From assembly GCF_964213995.1 (NCBI RefSeq), contig NC_135804.1:68572001-68636000 (forward strand): 64,000 bases of DNA, in the 5' to 3' direction. The translations under genes were made by a program, and so were the position numbers. Source of the DNA: Mustelus asterias (taxonomy: Eukaryota). The notes beneath the pieces are model-generated. The model saw only the letters and a program-made list of their open reading frames with translations, was not told the origin of the DNA and searched no databases. Below are positions 11,767 through 23,059 of this stretch, piece after piece; position 1 is the stretch's first letter; each line of letters begins with the position of its first letter.

Positions 11767-12354
11767 ACTGGACACTTTATGTCAAGTAAGACAGTGAAAA
11801 GTTAATAAGAGTGTAAGGAAACAAAAACTCACCCCTGCTCGTCCAAGCCCTGTGAGCCAAAGCCCTGACAGCTCACTCAACTTCCCACTCACTCTGCTGC
11901 CCGCTACGATGCTGCCCGCTGTATACTTTGGTGCACTTTTAAACCCTCCAAAAACTTGATACACTTTAGTAAGGAACTCCTTGGTGAAGCATAGATACTA
12001 CACATGCACACTCTTCCTCATGAAGGTTCGGGTGGAACCACGATGTACTGAACACCTTGGGAAAATATAACTTTCTGTTGAGAGATTTTCTCAATGTCAC
12101 ATGTTCTGCTTTCAATGGCCTATTCTCATTCTTCCAGTCATCCTGATCTCTAAGATGAGGGCTGGGTGGAACTGGTTGGGCAGAGGCTTGAAGCCACCTT
12201 CATGCGAAATCGCAGTGGTAACAAAGAATTTTAGCAAAAGCCAAAACAAAACATCCAGCAAATAATCATCAAACTGTTGATGGTCTCTGCCAGCATGTAT
12301 GTATATCTACATATATATATATATAGATATACATATATGAGGGGGCAGTTAAGA

Positions 12355-15126
12355 GTCAACCGTTGCTGCATATCTGCGGCAAATGCCGCAGCCTGGAAAC
12401 CAAAATAGAATCCATATTCTCAACTTGCGCTCAGGACGCAGACCAGCTGCGAAACTCTGCCAAGCAGACGAAACAAAGGAACTACACAATCTACATGCAC
12501 ACCAAGAACAGGAAACTTGAGAAACTCGGCATCTCCACCAGCAACAACCAAGCCACCCCCAGTACCACAGTAGAAAACAGTACCACTACAGGGAAGTCCA
12601 TTGTCCACTTGTCGGACTACACACTTCAACCAGGTGAAATCCAAGTTCTCAGCCGAGTGCTCAATTTTTGACCCACCAGCAAAATAGACCACATCAGTCT
12701 CGCAGCAGACACAGAGGAATTCATCAGGCGAATGAGGCTGCGGGAGATCTTCCACAAACCCCAAGTGGCCAACAGCGAAAACAATGAGACAGCCAATGAA
12801 CTGGAACAGCCGACAGAGAGATCCGCAGTGCATCCGAAGAGGAAAGAGTCGAATTGGACCCCTCCAGAAGGCCGCTGCCCTCGACTTGACACGTATGCCC
12901 AAGCCATCAGGAGGTGTGTCAACACCAAATTCATCAGCCGCACTCACAAGACAGCCCCGAACATCACCCAAGCACAACGCAATGCCATCCGCGCTCTCAA
13001 GACCAACCGCAACATTGTCATCAAACCAGCAGACAAAGGAGGGGCCATCGTCATACTGAACAGAACGGATTACTGCAAAGAAGTGTACCGACAACTGAAC
13101 AACGAGGAACACTACAGACAGTTACCTGCAGATCCGACCAAAGAAAACACCCGTCAACTCAACACTCTGATCAAGACCTTTGATCCGGACCTTCAGAACA
13201 CCCTCCGTGCTCTCATCCCACGTACTCCCCGCGTTGGAGATCTCTACTGCCTCCCAAAGATACACAAGGCAAACACACCTGGCCGTCCCATCGTATCGGG
13301 CAATGGGACCCTGTGCGAGAACCTCTCCGGCTATGTCGAGGGCATCCTGAAACCCATTGTACAAAGAACCCCCAGCTTTTGTCGTGACACTACGGACTTC
13401 CTACAGAAACTCAGCACACATAGAGCAGTTGAACCAGGAGCACTCCTCGTCACAATGGATGGCTCGGCACTCGACACCTGCATCCCCCACGATGATGGCA
13501 TTTCTGCAACTGTCTCCGTACTCAACGCCGACAACTGCCAGTTTCAGGATGCAATTTTACAACTCATCCACTTCATCCTGGACCACAATGTCTTCACCTT
13601 CAACAACCAGTTCTTCATCCAGACACACAGAACAGCCATGGGGACCAAATTCGCACCTCAATATGCCAGCATCTTCATGCACAGGTTCGAACAAGACTTA
13701 TTCACTGCACAGGACCTTCAACCGATGCTGTACACTAGATCCATCGATGACATTTTCTTCCTTTGGACTCATGGCGAACAATCACTGAAACAACTATATG
13801 ATGACATCAACAAGTTCCATCCCACTATCAGACTCACCATGGACTACTCTCCGGAATCGGTTGCATTCTTGGACACATGCATCTCCATTAAGGACGGTCA
13901 CCTCAGCACCTCACTGTACTGCAAGCCCACGGATAACCTCACGATGCTCCACTTCCCCAGCTTCCACCCTAAACACGTTAAAGAAGCCATCCCCTATGGA
14001 CAAGCCCTCCGTATACTCAGGATCTGCTCGGATGAGGAGGATCACAACAGACACCTCCAGACGCTGAAAGATGCCCTCATGAGAACAGGATATGGCGCTC
14101 GACTCATCGATCGACAGTTGCGACACGCAACAGCGAAAAACCGCACCAACCTCCTCAGAAGACAAACACGGGACACAGTGGACAGACTACCCTTCATCGT
14201 CCAGTACTTCCCCGGAGCGGAGAAGCTATGACATCTCCTCCAGAGCCTTCAACATGTCATTGATGAAGACGAACATCTCGCCAAGGCCATCCCCACATCC
14301 CCACTTTTGCCTTCAAAGAACTGCACAACCTCAAACAGACCATTGTCGACAGCAAACTACCCAGCCTTCAGGAGAACAGTGACCACGACACCACACAACC
14401 CTGCCACAACTGCTACAAGACGTGCCGGATCATCGACACGGATGCCATCATCTCACGTAAGAACACCATCCACTAGGTACAAAGTACATACTCTTGCAAC
14501 TCGGCCAACATTGTCTACCTGATACGCTGCAGGAAAGGATGTCCCGAGGCATGGTATTTTGAGGAAACCATGCAGACACTACAACAACGGGTGAATGAAC
14601 ACCGCTTGACAATCACCAGGCAAGACTTTTCTCTTCCTGTTGGGGAGCACTTCAGCTGTCACGGCATTCGGCCTCTGATATTCGGCTAAGCATTCTCCAA
14701 GGTGGCCTTCACAACACACGACAGCACAGAGTCCCTGAGCAAAGGCTGATAGCCAGGTTCCGCACACATGAGGACGGCCTCAACTGGCATCTTGGATTCA
14801 TGTCACACTATCTGTAACTCCCACAACTTGCCTGGACTTGCAGTCTCACTGGCTGTCCTGTCTGGAGACAATAAACATCTCTTTAACCTGTGTTAATGCT
14901 CTCTCCACTCACATTGTCTGTACTTTTAAGACTTGATTAGCTGTAAAGACTCGCATTCCAATCATTATTTATTATTCTGTAAATTGAGTTTGTGTCTTTA
15001 TATGCCCTGTTTGCTGTTTATGAGCAGATCTCCCACTCACCTGACGAAGGAGCAGCGCTCCGAAAGCTAGTGGCATTTGCTGCCAAATAAACATGTTGGA
15101 CTTTAACCTGGTGTTGTTAGACTCCT
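12355..15126 (+). mobile_element. Penelope-like retroelement (RT plus GIY-YIG endonuclease) with 3' pLTR
   Basis: ORF 12732-14231 has IKPADKGGA, YCLPKIHK, GRPIVS, TAMGTKFAP, IDDIF and AFLD. A disrupted GIY-YIG region follows (NIVYLIRC...WYFEET...RVNEH, about 14500-14600). Confidence 0.9.
15037..15073 (+). ncRNA. Minimal type I hammerhead ribozyme motif (Penelope pLTR), copy 1
   Basis: UCAC-CUGACGA-A-GGAGC-agc-GCUCC-GAAA-GC-UA-GUGG. Confidence 0.8.
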
Positions 15127-15607
15127 ATCTGAAGCCAGCCAGACAAAGGAAGGATGGTCAGATTCCCCTCCCTGAAGGGAAGCCAGATGGGGATTTAAGA
15201 CAGTGATTCATGGTTATCATTAGACTTTTAATTCTTGATGTTAATTTAATTCAAATGTCATGATCTGTTGCGGTGGAGATGCGAACCCGAGTCCATCAGA
15301 TCTCTGGATGGCTAGTCAAATGACAATACCACGATGCCATCCCTGCCCTGCGTAAGGGTGCTGACTGGATCATTGAGCTCCAAAATATCAGGGCTGCTGT
15401 CAAAATTGCATTGCCTGCTAACTAAAGTCCTGATCTCGCTGACCTACACATTCCCAGCAGATGTCCACTGCAGTAAGATGGTTTGCAACTTGTTTGGCAT
15501 TGGAAGTGTACATGGGTATTGCAGATGTCATTATACAACTTGAAAGGCAACTGAACAGCTCAAAAATAGGTAGGTATAAGAGCAAATCAGTGAGCATTCT
15601 GGAATCT

Positions 15608-16500
15608 GAAACAAAAACAGAAAATACTGGAAATCTCAGCAGGTCTGGCAGCATCTGTGAGAGAGAATAGAGCCCAACATTTTGAATCTAGATGACTACC
15701 ACCAGAGCTGAAGATAATAGAATATATGGTGATATTTATACTGTTAGGGTCGGGAGGGGGGGAATTTACAATGATGTCATAGACAAAAAGAGAAGGGAAT
15801 GCAAATGGTGGGAATAAATGCTGAGCATGGTACTAATAGTGGTCCATTAAGAGACCAGAATATATAAATGGCAGAACAAAGTTAAGCAGAGTGTCAAATG
15901 GCAAACTGAGACATGTAATAGATAGCTCTAGTAGAATGGGGGGAGGAGTGACCCTAGGAGGGGAAAAAGAAGGAAAGCAAGATTGTTAAAAAAGAAACAT
16001 GGAATAAATAAAAATGAAATAACGTAAACATATATAAATCAATAAAATAAATTCAAATGAAAGGAAATAACATGAATGGAAATGGGGGGAAGGGGGAGGT
16101 TCATGCTCTGATGTTGTTGAATTCAATGTTCAGTCCGACAGGCTGTAAAGTGCCCAATTGGAAGATGAGGTGCTGTTCCCCCAGTTTACATTGGGCTTCA
16201 CTGGCGTTTTGCAGCAGGCCAAAAACGGGCAGCTGGACAAGAGAGCAGGATGGTGTGCAAGCAACAGCAAGGTCTGGGTCCTGCTTGCAGGCAGACCAAA
16301 GATGTTCTGCAAAGCAGTTTGTGTTTTGTCGCTCCAATGTATAGTACACTGCATTGGAAGCAGCAGATGCCACAGACCAGATTAAAGGAGGTGAAGTGCT
16401 GCTTCACTTGAATAGAGTGTTTGAGCCCTTGAATAATAGGTGGGGAGGAGGTAATGGGGCAGGTGTTGCACCTTCTGCGGTTACATGGGAAGATGCCCAT
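15608..16500 (-). mobile_element. Second Penelope-like family, 3' fragment (GIY-YIG plus pLTR)
   Basis: FPCNRRRCNTCP...NLVCGICCFQCSVLYIGATK...FAEHL and EEQHL-like/LQPVGLNIEF motifs; decayed terminal motif at 15610-15710. Confidence 0.75.
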
Positions 16501-16729
16501 GTCCGGCCTGCTGTCTTTCTATAATTTCACTGGTGGGATTTGGTTGATATTTGATATACTAGCTTCCGTGGCAACACTCTTACATTGTCCTGTTCTTTTC
16601 TTTAGGACACTGTGGTTCTCTGCCAAACACTCCTCCCTTCCTGTCTCTATCTTTGATTAATAAATGCAACATAATGAATGGAACAAGGAGCCTAGAGCCC
16701 CTTTGTCCTTCTGCCCATGTGGTCGAGAT

Positions 16730-18541
16730 TAATTTTCTATTCATACGTTAGGAACAAAAGAGTTGTCAGGGAGAAAATCGGACCTCTCAGGGACAAAGGA
16801 GGGGAATTATGCTTAGAACCCAAGGGAATAGGGGAGATCCTAAATGAATACTTTGCATCGGTATTCACGAAGGAGAGGGGCGTGTTAACCGGGAGTGTCT
16901 CGGAGGGAGGTGTTGACCCGTTAGAGAAAATCTCCATTACAAGAGAGGAAGTGTTAGGTTTTTTAGGGAACATTAAAACTGACAAAGCCCCAGGGCCTGA
17001 TGGCATCTATCCTCGACTGCTCAGGGAGACGAGAGGTGAAATTGCTGGGCCTCTGACGGAAATCTTTGTCGCTTCTTTGGACACGGGTGAGGTCCCTGAG
17101 GATTGGAGGATAGCGAATGTGGTCCCGTTGTTTAAGAAGGGTAGCAGGGATAACCCAGGAAATTATAGGCCGGTGAGCTTGACGTCCGTGGTAGGGAAGT
17201 TGTTGGAGAGGATTCTTAGAGACAGGATGTATGCGCATTTAGAACGAAACAATCTCATTAGTGACAGACAGCATGGTTTTGTAAGAGGGAGGTCGTGCCT
17301 TACAAATTTGGTGGAGTTTTTTGAGGAAGTGACAAAAACGGTTGATGAAGGAAGGGCCGTGGATGTCGTCTATATGGATTTCAGTAAGGCATTTGACAAA
17401 GTCCCACATGGCAGGTTGGTTAAGAAGGTTAAGGCTCATGGGATACAAGGAGAAATGGCTCGATGGGTGGAGAACTGGCTTGGCCATAGGAGACAGAGGG
17501 TAGTGGTCGAAGGGTCTTTTTCCGGCTGGAGGTCTGTGACCAGTGGTGTTCCGCAGGGCTCTGTACTGGGACCTCTGCTATTTGTGATATATATAAATGA
17601 TTTGGAAGAAGGTGTAACTGGTGTAATCAGCAAGTTTGCGGATGACACGAAGATGGTTGGAATTGCGGATAGCGAAGAGCATTATCGGGCAATACAGCAG
17701 GATATAGATAGGCTGGAAAATTGGGCGGAGAGGTGGCAGATGGAATTTAATCCGGATAAATGCGAAGTGATGCATTTTGGAAGAAATAATGTAGGGAGGA
17801 GTTATACAATAAATGGCAGAGTCATCAGGAGTATAGAAACACAGAGGGACCTAGGTGTGCAAGTCCACAAATCCTTGAAGGTGGCAACACAGGTGGAGAA
17901 GGTGGTGAAGAAGGCATATGGTATGCTTGCCTTTATAGGACGGGGTATAGAGTATAAAAGCTGGAGTCTGATGATGCAGCTGTATAGAACACTGGTTAGG
18001 CCACATTTGGAGTACTGCGTCCAGTTCTGGTCGCCGCACTACCAGAAGGACGTGGAGGCATTAGAGAGAGTGCAGAGAAGGTTTACCAGGATGTTGCCTG
18101 GTATGGAGGGTCTTAGCTATGAGGAGAGATTGGGTCGACTGGGGTTGTTCTCCTTGGAAAGACGGAGAATGAGGGGAGATCTAATAGAGGTGTACAAGAT
18201 TATGAAGGGTATAGATAGGGTGAACAGTGGGAAGCTTTTTCCCAGGTCGGAGGTGACGATCACGAGGGGTCACGGGCTCAAGCTGAGAGGGGCGAAGTAT
18301 AACTCAGACATCAGAGGGACGTTTTTTACACAGAGGGTGGTGGGGGCTTGGAATGCGCTGCCAAGTAGGGTGGTGGAGGCAGGCACGCTGACATCGTTTA
18401 AGACTTACCTGGATAGTCACATGAGCAGCCTGGGAATGGAGGGATACAAACGATTGGTCCAGTTGGACCAAGGAGCGGCACAGGCTTGGAGGGCCGAAGG
18501 GCCAGTTTCCTGTGCTGTACCGTTCTTTGTTCTTTGTTCTT
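16730..18541 (+). mobile_element. 5'-truncated young CR1 LINE with an uninterrupted RT frame
   Basis: ORF 16717-18543 has all RT motifs; (GTTCTTT)n tail. Confidence 0.92.
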
Positions 18542-18574
18542 AAGCCCTATTCGTCGCAAATGGTGATGTTGTGC

Positions 18575-18740
18575 TTGTACCCAGGCAGTGCTGCCTTCCA
18601 ATGCCAGGGCTCAGGTTCGATTCCAGCCTTTGGTGACTGTGTGTAGTTTGCACATTCTCCCCGAGTCTGCGTGGGTTTCCTCTAGGTGCTCCGGTTTCAT
18701 CCCACAGTCCAAAGGTGTGCAGGTGGATTGGCCATGCTAC
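18575..18740 (+). mobile_element. Degenerate HE1-like SINE fragment
   Basis: B box GGTTCGATTCC and V-domain GTTTGCACATTCTCCCC...CCCACAGTCCAAAG. Confidence 0.75.
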
Positions 18741-19549
18741 ATGTGCGGGATGCTTCTATGCTTGAATATGCAAATCATTAAGCTCCTCAGCAGGCCAAAT
18801 CGCCCTTCCCCCAAACGGAACAACAGAGGCGTGAAATACGTGAAAGGTCGGCATTACTGATCGTATTTTGATAGTAGAATCATGCACCATTAATCGGACA
18901 GTTTTTTGCAACATGGTTACTTTTATGAATTATTAAATTTAAAAGTGACACAGAGCAACAACATGAACAGCCAGATATTGCGCTCCATATGATTTATGTG
19001 GGGTTTGCAGCAGTCTCCCAGTCTATAGCGCGAGACCTGCAGTTTATCACTGAATTGATCGGTTACTGTACTTGAAATCTTTCAGAACTTCTACATTATG
19101 GTTCGAAATATTAACCCGTCTCATCTAAAACAGTGTAGGGTACTGAGGGGCCGTTTTTTACAGTTCTCACAATTCCTCTCTAATCAGCCGACGATGAATG
19201 CAAATTTTGCACAAATTGGTAATGGGCGAAATTATTCATTTAGTTTTTCAGAAAGACTGCCAGCAGAAAACCCCTGGTGAACAGCTCAGCAGAGAGCCTC
19301 TGGGAAATTGTACGCAAAGAGCCAAATTTCATCACAAGTTTCCTCAAAGCAGGAGGTCCTGAGGGGAGGTTGGTCCAACTGGCTTTTTCTGGCAAATGTG
19401 CAAAAGTTTTAAAAATTTCACACAACGTATATGTTCTCGGCTCAAAGACAGGATGTTGCGCCTTCATAATGACGTTTTACATTTTCCACCTTCTTACAAA
19501 CAAGCAGTCATTTCATGGACTGTCTCTCTGCTTGATCAAGTTGTTCAGA

Positions 19550-19604
19550 ATGTTGGCCAGTGTGGCAATTCCGTGCATTACTGTTCTCGGAATCATTTTC
19601 ACAG
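19550..19604 (+). CDS. Gene 1 exon 1: signal peptide MLASVAIPCITVLGIIFT(G)
   Basis: ATG, hydrophobic leader, phase-1 donor AG|GTATCT, and a 170-bp intron to the V exon. Homologous to the gene 2 leader (CxxVLGII). Confidence 0.8.
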
Positions 19605-19774
19605 GTATCTGCTCCTATTATGCTTTGTTTTCTCATTCAATCGCGTAGTTACGTATCTTTGTTTTGATGCAGCATGTTTCATTGTCCTTTACAAATATTA
19701 TCTCAACTCCTTTCCCTCACTCTTTCCCTCCTGTAATACGATATTACTATTACATTTTTACATTTTTCCCATAG

Positions 19775-20095
19775 GTCCCGGTGGAACTTCAGTCAGAGTC
19801 ACTCAGCTCCCTGAGAGAGTGAACACAATCACCGGTACGAACATTTCCTTTCATTGCTCGCTTCCTTTCTTTCAAGACGGCCCACGTGTGAATGTAAACT
19901 GGTGGAAAAAGGGTGACAATCAATATCTAAGGTCAGGACAAAATGACAGAATAATAACTGGTTTCAAGACTAAATTCAGCGGCTTTCTTCGGATAATTAA
20001 TGTAAATGTGCAGGACACAGGAGTATACTATTGCATTGTCACGCATCAAAACAAAACAGCTGGAAATGGAACTGGATCTAATTTAACAGTATGGG
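19775..20095 (+). CDS. Gene 1 exon 2: Ig V-set domain with a germline-joined J-like strand
   Basis: Acceptor tttttcccatag; VTQ...FHC...VNWW...LRI.NV..QDTGVYYC...GNGTGSNLTV; donor G|GTACGT; 321 bp, phase 1-1. Confidence 0.93.
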
Positions 20096-20480
20096 GTACG
20101 TATGAAAAAATGTAAATAAGATTCATCTGACTGCAATATTTCAAACTTCGAAACAGAGATTTTGATTTGAAGAATTCAACTTTTTAATTAATTTCAACGA
20201 TCAATTTGTACACATTCCAATTGCACTGGTGATTGCTGCATGCTGATGTATGTTGCAATGTTTCAAAAATAATGATAAAGGCGAACATTTTCTGCGAAAT
20301 GTTTGGTCCTGACGTGTATTCAACAAACAATTGAAGTTAAAATTTCCATATTGGATAAGTTGCATACCTCGGCATTAATAGACAGTGTTGGGGATCTGAT
20401 AAAGAGAACGCACATTTCTTATCCTATTTCGTGGTGTAATTCGCCTACGTTGATTGCGGAGGGCTGTGTGCTTGTATTCG

Positions 20481-20639
20481 GCCACTCACCTGAAGCCACT
20501 TACCTGAGGAAGGGGCTTGGAGCTCCGAAAGCTTGTGTGGCGTTTGCTACCAAATAAACCTGTTGGACTTTAACCTGGTGTTGTTAAACCTCTTACTGTG
20601 TTTACCCCAGTCCAACGCCGGCATCTCCACATCATGGCT
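20481..20639 (+). mobile_element. Penelope pLTR fragment
   Basis: Matches 15032-15126 (CAAATAAACCTGTTGGACTTTAACCTGGTGTTGTTA). Confidence 0.85.
20501..20537 (+). ncRNA. Minimal hammerhead motif, copy 2
   Basis: UAC-CUGAGGA-A-GGGGC-uugga-GCUCC-GAAA-GC-UU-GUG. Confidence 0.65.
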
Positions 20640-21269
20640 TCTATTCGGGCCAGCTGTTCCACTGGTTGATGGCTTATTTCTTAAGGTCATATTTTTAACG
20701 GTTGAATTACACACCGTCTAATTTGAACCAAACCCTCCTCATCTTTCACCCATCATTTTAGGCTCCAGCAAGCGTGAAATCATCCGGGTCCTTGGTGCAA
20801 ATTCTAACTAACTTGATAAATTAAACTTCCCAGATAGTTTTTAGATTCAATGGGGTGAAATTCACCCGCAGTGGAACCGCAAAATTAGCAAACATCCCAA
20901 ATTACACTGCGAGCAATGTTCTTCTGAATTAGAATAGAAGATAGGGCGAGATTTGTATTGGGCACGAACTTACTTTCTCTCGCGTGTTTCTTTTTTTTTA
21001 TTTGTCCCCATGAAAACAGTTTAAATTACAAGCAAAATACCGGCGATACGTGAGAATGTCGTCAGATTTAATTGTCACTACAGATAGTGCAATCTAAATA
21101 ACTATCCTCCCATTGCCCCACGCCAGGGTTACGTCCAACAATGGATTGGAACACACCGTTTAGCTGGTCATCGAGATCAATGGTATTAACTGTAACCGAG
21201 TTGGTGTCACACTGTTGTCTCTGAGCCACGATGATCTTGGTTCAAATCAGCCCCATATCTGACTCCATA

Positions 21270-21371
21270 TTTCCACTCCATCTGACGAAGGAACTGCGCT
21301 CCGAAAGCGAGTGTCGTTTGCTACCAAATACACCTGTTGGACTTTAACCTGGTGTTGTTAGACTCCTTACT
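21270..21371 (+). mobile_element. Penelope pLTR fragment with mutated hammerhead copy 3 (21279-21313)
   Basis: CAU-CUGACGA-A-GGAAC-ugc-GCUCC-GAAA-GC-GA-GUG; the conserved U16.1 is replaced by G. Confidence 0.8.
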
Positions 21372-21487
21372 ACGATTTTGAAGAGCAGGGGAGCTATCCA
21401 CAGTTATCCCCGAGTTATCTCCGGTGTCCAGGCCAATATTTCTCCTTCATCAACATCACAGAAACAGACGAACTGATCATGATCACG

Positions 21488-21552
21488 TTTGATTTGATTT
21501 ATTATTGTCACATGTATGAGCATGCAGTGAAAAGTATTGTTTCTTGCGTGCA
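21488..21552 (-). mobile_element. Rex1-type 3' tail fragment
   Basis: Near copy of 5700-5762 (tttgatttgatttattattgtcacatgtat...). Confidence 0.8.
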
Positions 21553-21720
21553 CGCTGTTGTTTCTGGAAATTTCCTGTTCACAGATTTGCTGCCAAATGT
21601 TCATCAGTACAAAAGTGACAGCATTTGAATTGTTCTGCATTGATTGCTGGGCGTTTGAGACGTCCGGTGGTGTGAAACGTGTTATATAACTACCAGTCTT
21701 TATATTTTTCATTGTTCTAG

Positions 21721-22032
21721 TTCCACCAACCCCATTGAAAATTAAACCTCAGCAACTTGAAACGGATCCAGCTGCACCGTTGACTCTTCTGTGCACCACA
21801 TCTCCTTTTTCCCCGAAGAATATCAGTTTCACTTGGTATAAGGATGGCACTATAACTAAAATAGGGATCAATACCATCATTAAACCCAGCACCAATGGAC
21901 TCTATGAAGCTTCCAGCCAGTTGCAAGAGGCGCAGCCTGCCCGGTCCCTAACTGTTTATACCTGTCTGGTCTTTCACAGTGCGCTCCAAATTCCAGCCAT
22001 AACCACTCACATTGTCACCTACCCAAACACAG
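21721..22032 (+). CDS. Gene 1 exon 3: Ig C1-set domain
   Basis: Acceptor ttcattgttctag; LTLLC...FSP..I.FTWYKDG...GLYEASSQL...YTCLVFHSAL; donor G|GTAAGA; 312 bp, phase 1-1. Confidence 0.93.
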
Positions 22033-23059
22033 GTAAGATTTCAGATATAATCATATAAATTTACAGTTTTGCAAAACGTTATTTCACTCAGCCTTTCGGT
22101 GCAGCCTCTTTGAAAGAGCTGTCAGATCTATTACGTCGACAGCAGCATTTCTCCCACAACCGGCAAATCAGAATCATTAGCCTTTATATCCAATTGCCTT
22201 TTGGAAATAGCTATATGAATTATTTCCAGCAAAATTTCAGGCAGTACGTTCTAAATCTTCACAATCTCGGGTTAGAAAATAATTCTCCCCACAGCCCCTT
22301 TATTATTTGACAATGGTTTTCGATTCAGAACTATTCATGAGACCCACTTTTTGCAGAACACATTTTCCCCTAATTGATAAAATACACCTGTCATAATTTT
22401 GCAAACTTTCCGTTAGATCTCACCTTAATATTTTCCTATTGTGTTGAAAAGAATCATAGTTCCAAATCTCGCCACGTAGCCGAAGGCCCTCATCCTTGTT
22501 AAACCTGGAAAACATCCTTTGTTATTCTCTCCGAGACATTGGCATTATTCCTAATATGAATTGTACACTGTACATTTGTATGACTTCCATTATACAATGG
22601 TTCTCTCGCACAGCTAATTATCCGAAAAGTTTCACTGATCAACATTTCAACTTCCCAACAACCATTTGAAGATTTATAGGTATCTCAGAATTTACATTGC
22701 CTGAGATTATCTACGTTGATTTAAGCAAAATGCACACTTTATAATTATTTGCATTAAATTGCACTTGCCAGTTGTGACCACTTTCCCTGTTCTATGAAGT
22801 GCTGAATTCTGCTGCTATCGTCATAATAGTGACCAATGTTGTAGGATTTATAATCTTCAAATTGTACTCCCATATCATATAAAGAAATAGTCCTAATGTT
22901 GAACCCAGATCCAGTCAAAAACAACAACTTACCACTGCTCTCTACTACCTATAATTTAGCCAATAATGTATCTAAAGTGCCACCGTTCATCAAATCCCAA
23001 GTGGTTATTTAAACATAATAAAAGCACCCCTCGACATTTTTATTTTGGTTCATAATACT

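Larger units (their letters stand above)
7371..11953 (-). mobile_element. Near full-length CR1 LINE with 4-bp TSD (ACTT), interrupted by a SINE
   Basis: ORF1, ORF2 and a (TTTCTTATG)n-type tail. ACTT at 7367-7370 and 11954-11957. Confidence 0.92.

Noticed and set aside
7327-11984. DNA transposon with TIRs carrying a CR1
   Set aside because: The ACTT TSD shows CR1 inserted into a short pre-existing palindrome; there is no transposase or outer TSD.
7671-18039. Numerous 60-230 aa ORFs antisense to or overlapping LINE and Penelope ORFs
   Set aside because: They are shadow frames of transposon coding sequence with no independent motifs.
19396-19774. N-terminal part of the 239-aa ORF as coding sequence
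   Set aside because: It is 5' region and intron read-through; the real leader is in another frame and splices in at 19775.
21975-21981. CACAGTG heptamer as a recombination signal
   Set aside because: It lies inside C1 coding sequence (His-Ser) and has no nonamer at 12 or 23 bp.
19775-22032. Rearranging TCR or Ig light-chain locus
   Set aside because: V and the J-like strand share one exon with a splice donor, there are no flanking RSS or D/J segments, no TCR-type TM or interchain Cys, and gene 1 has a long ITIM tail.
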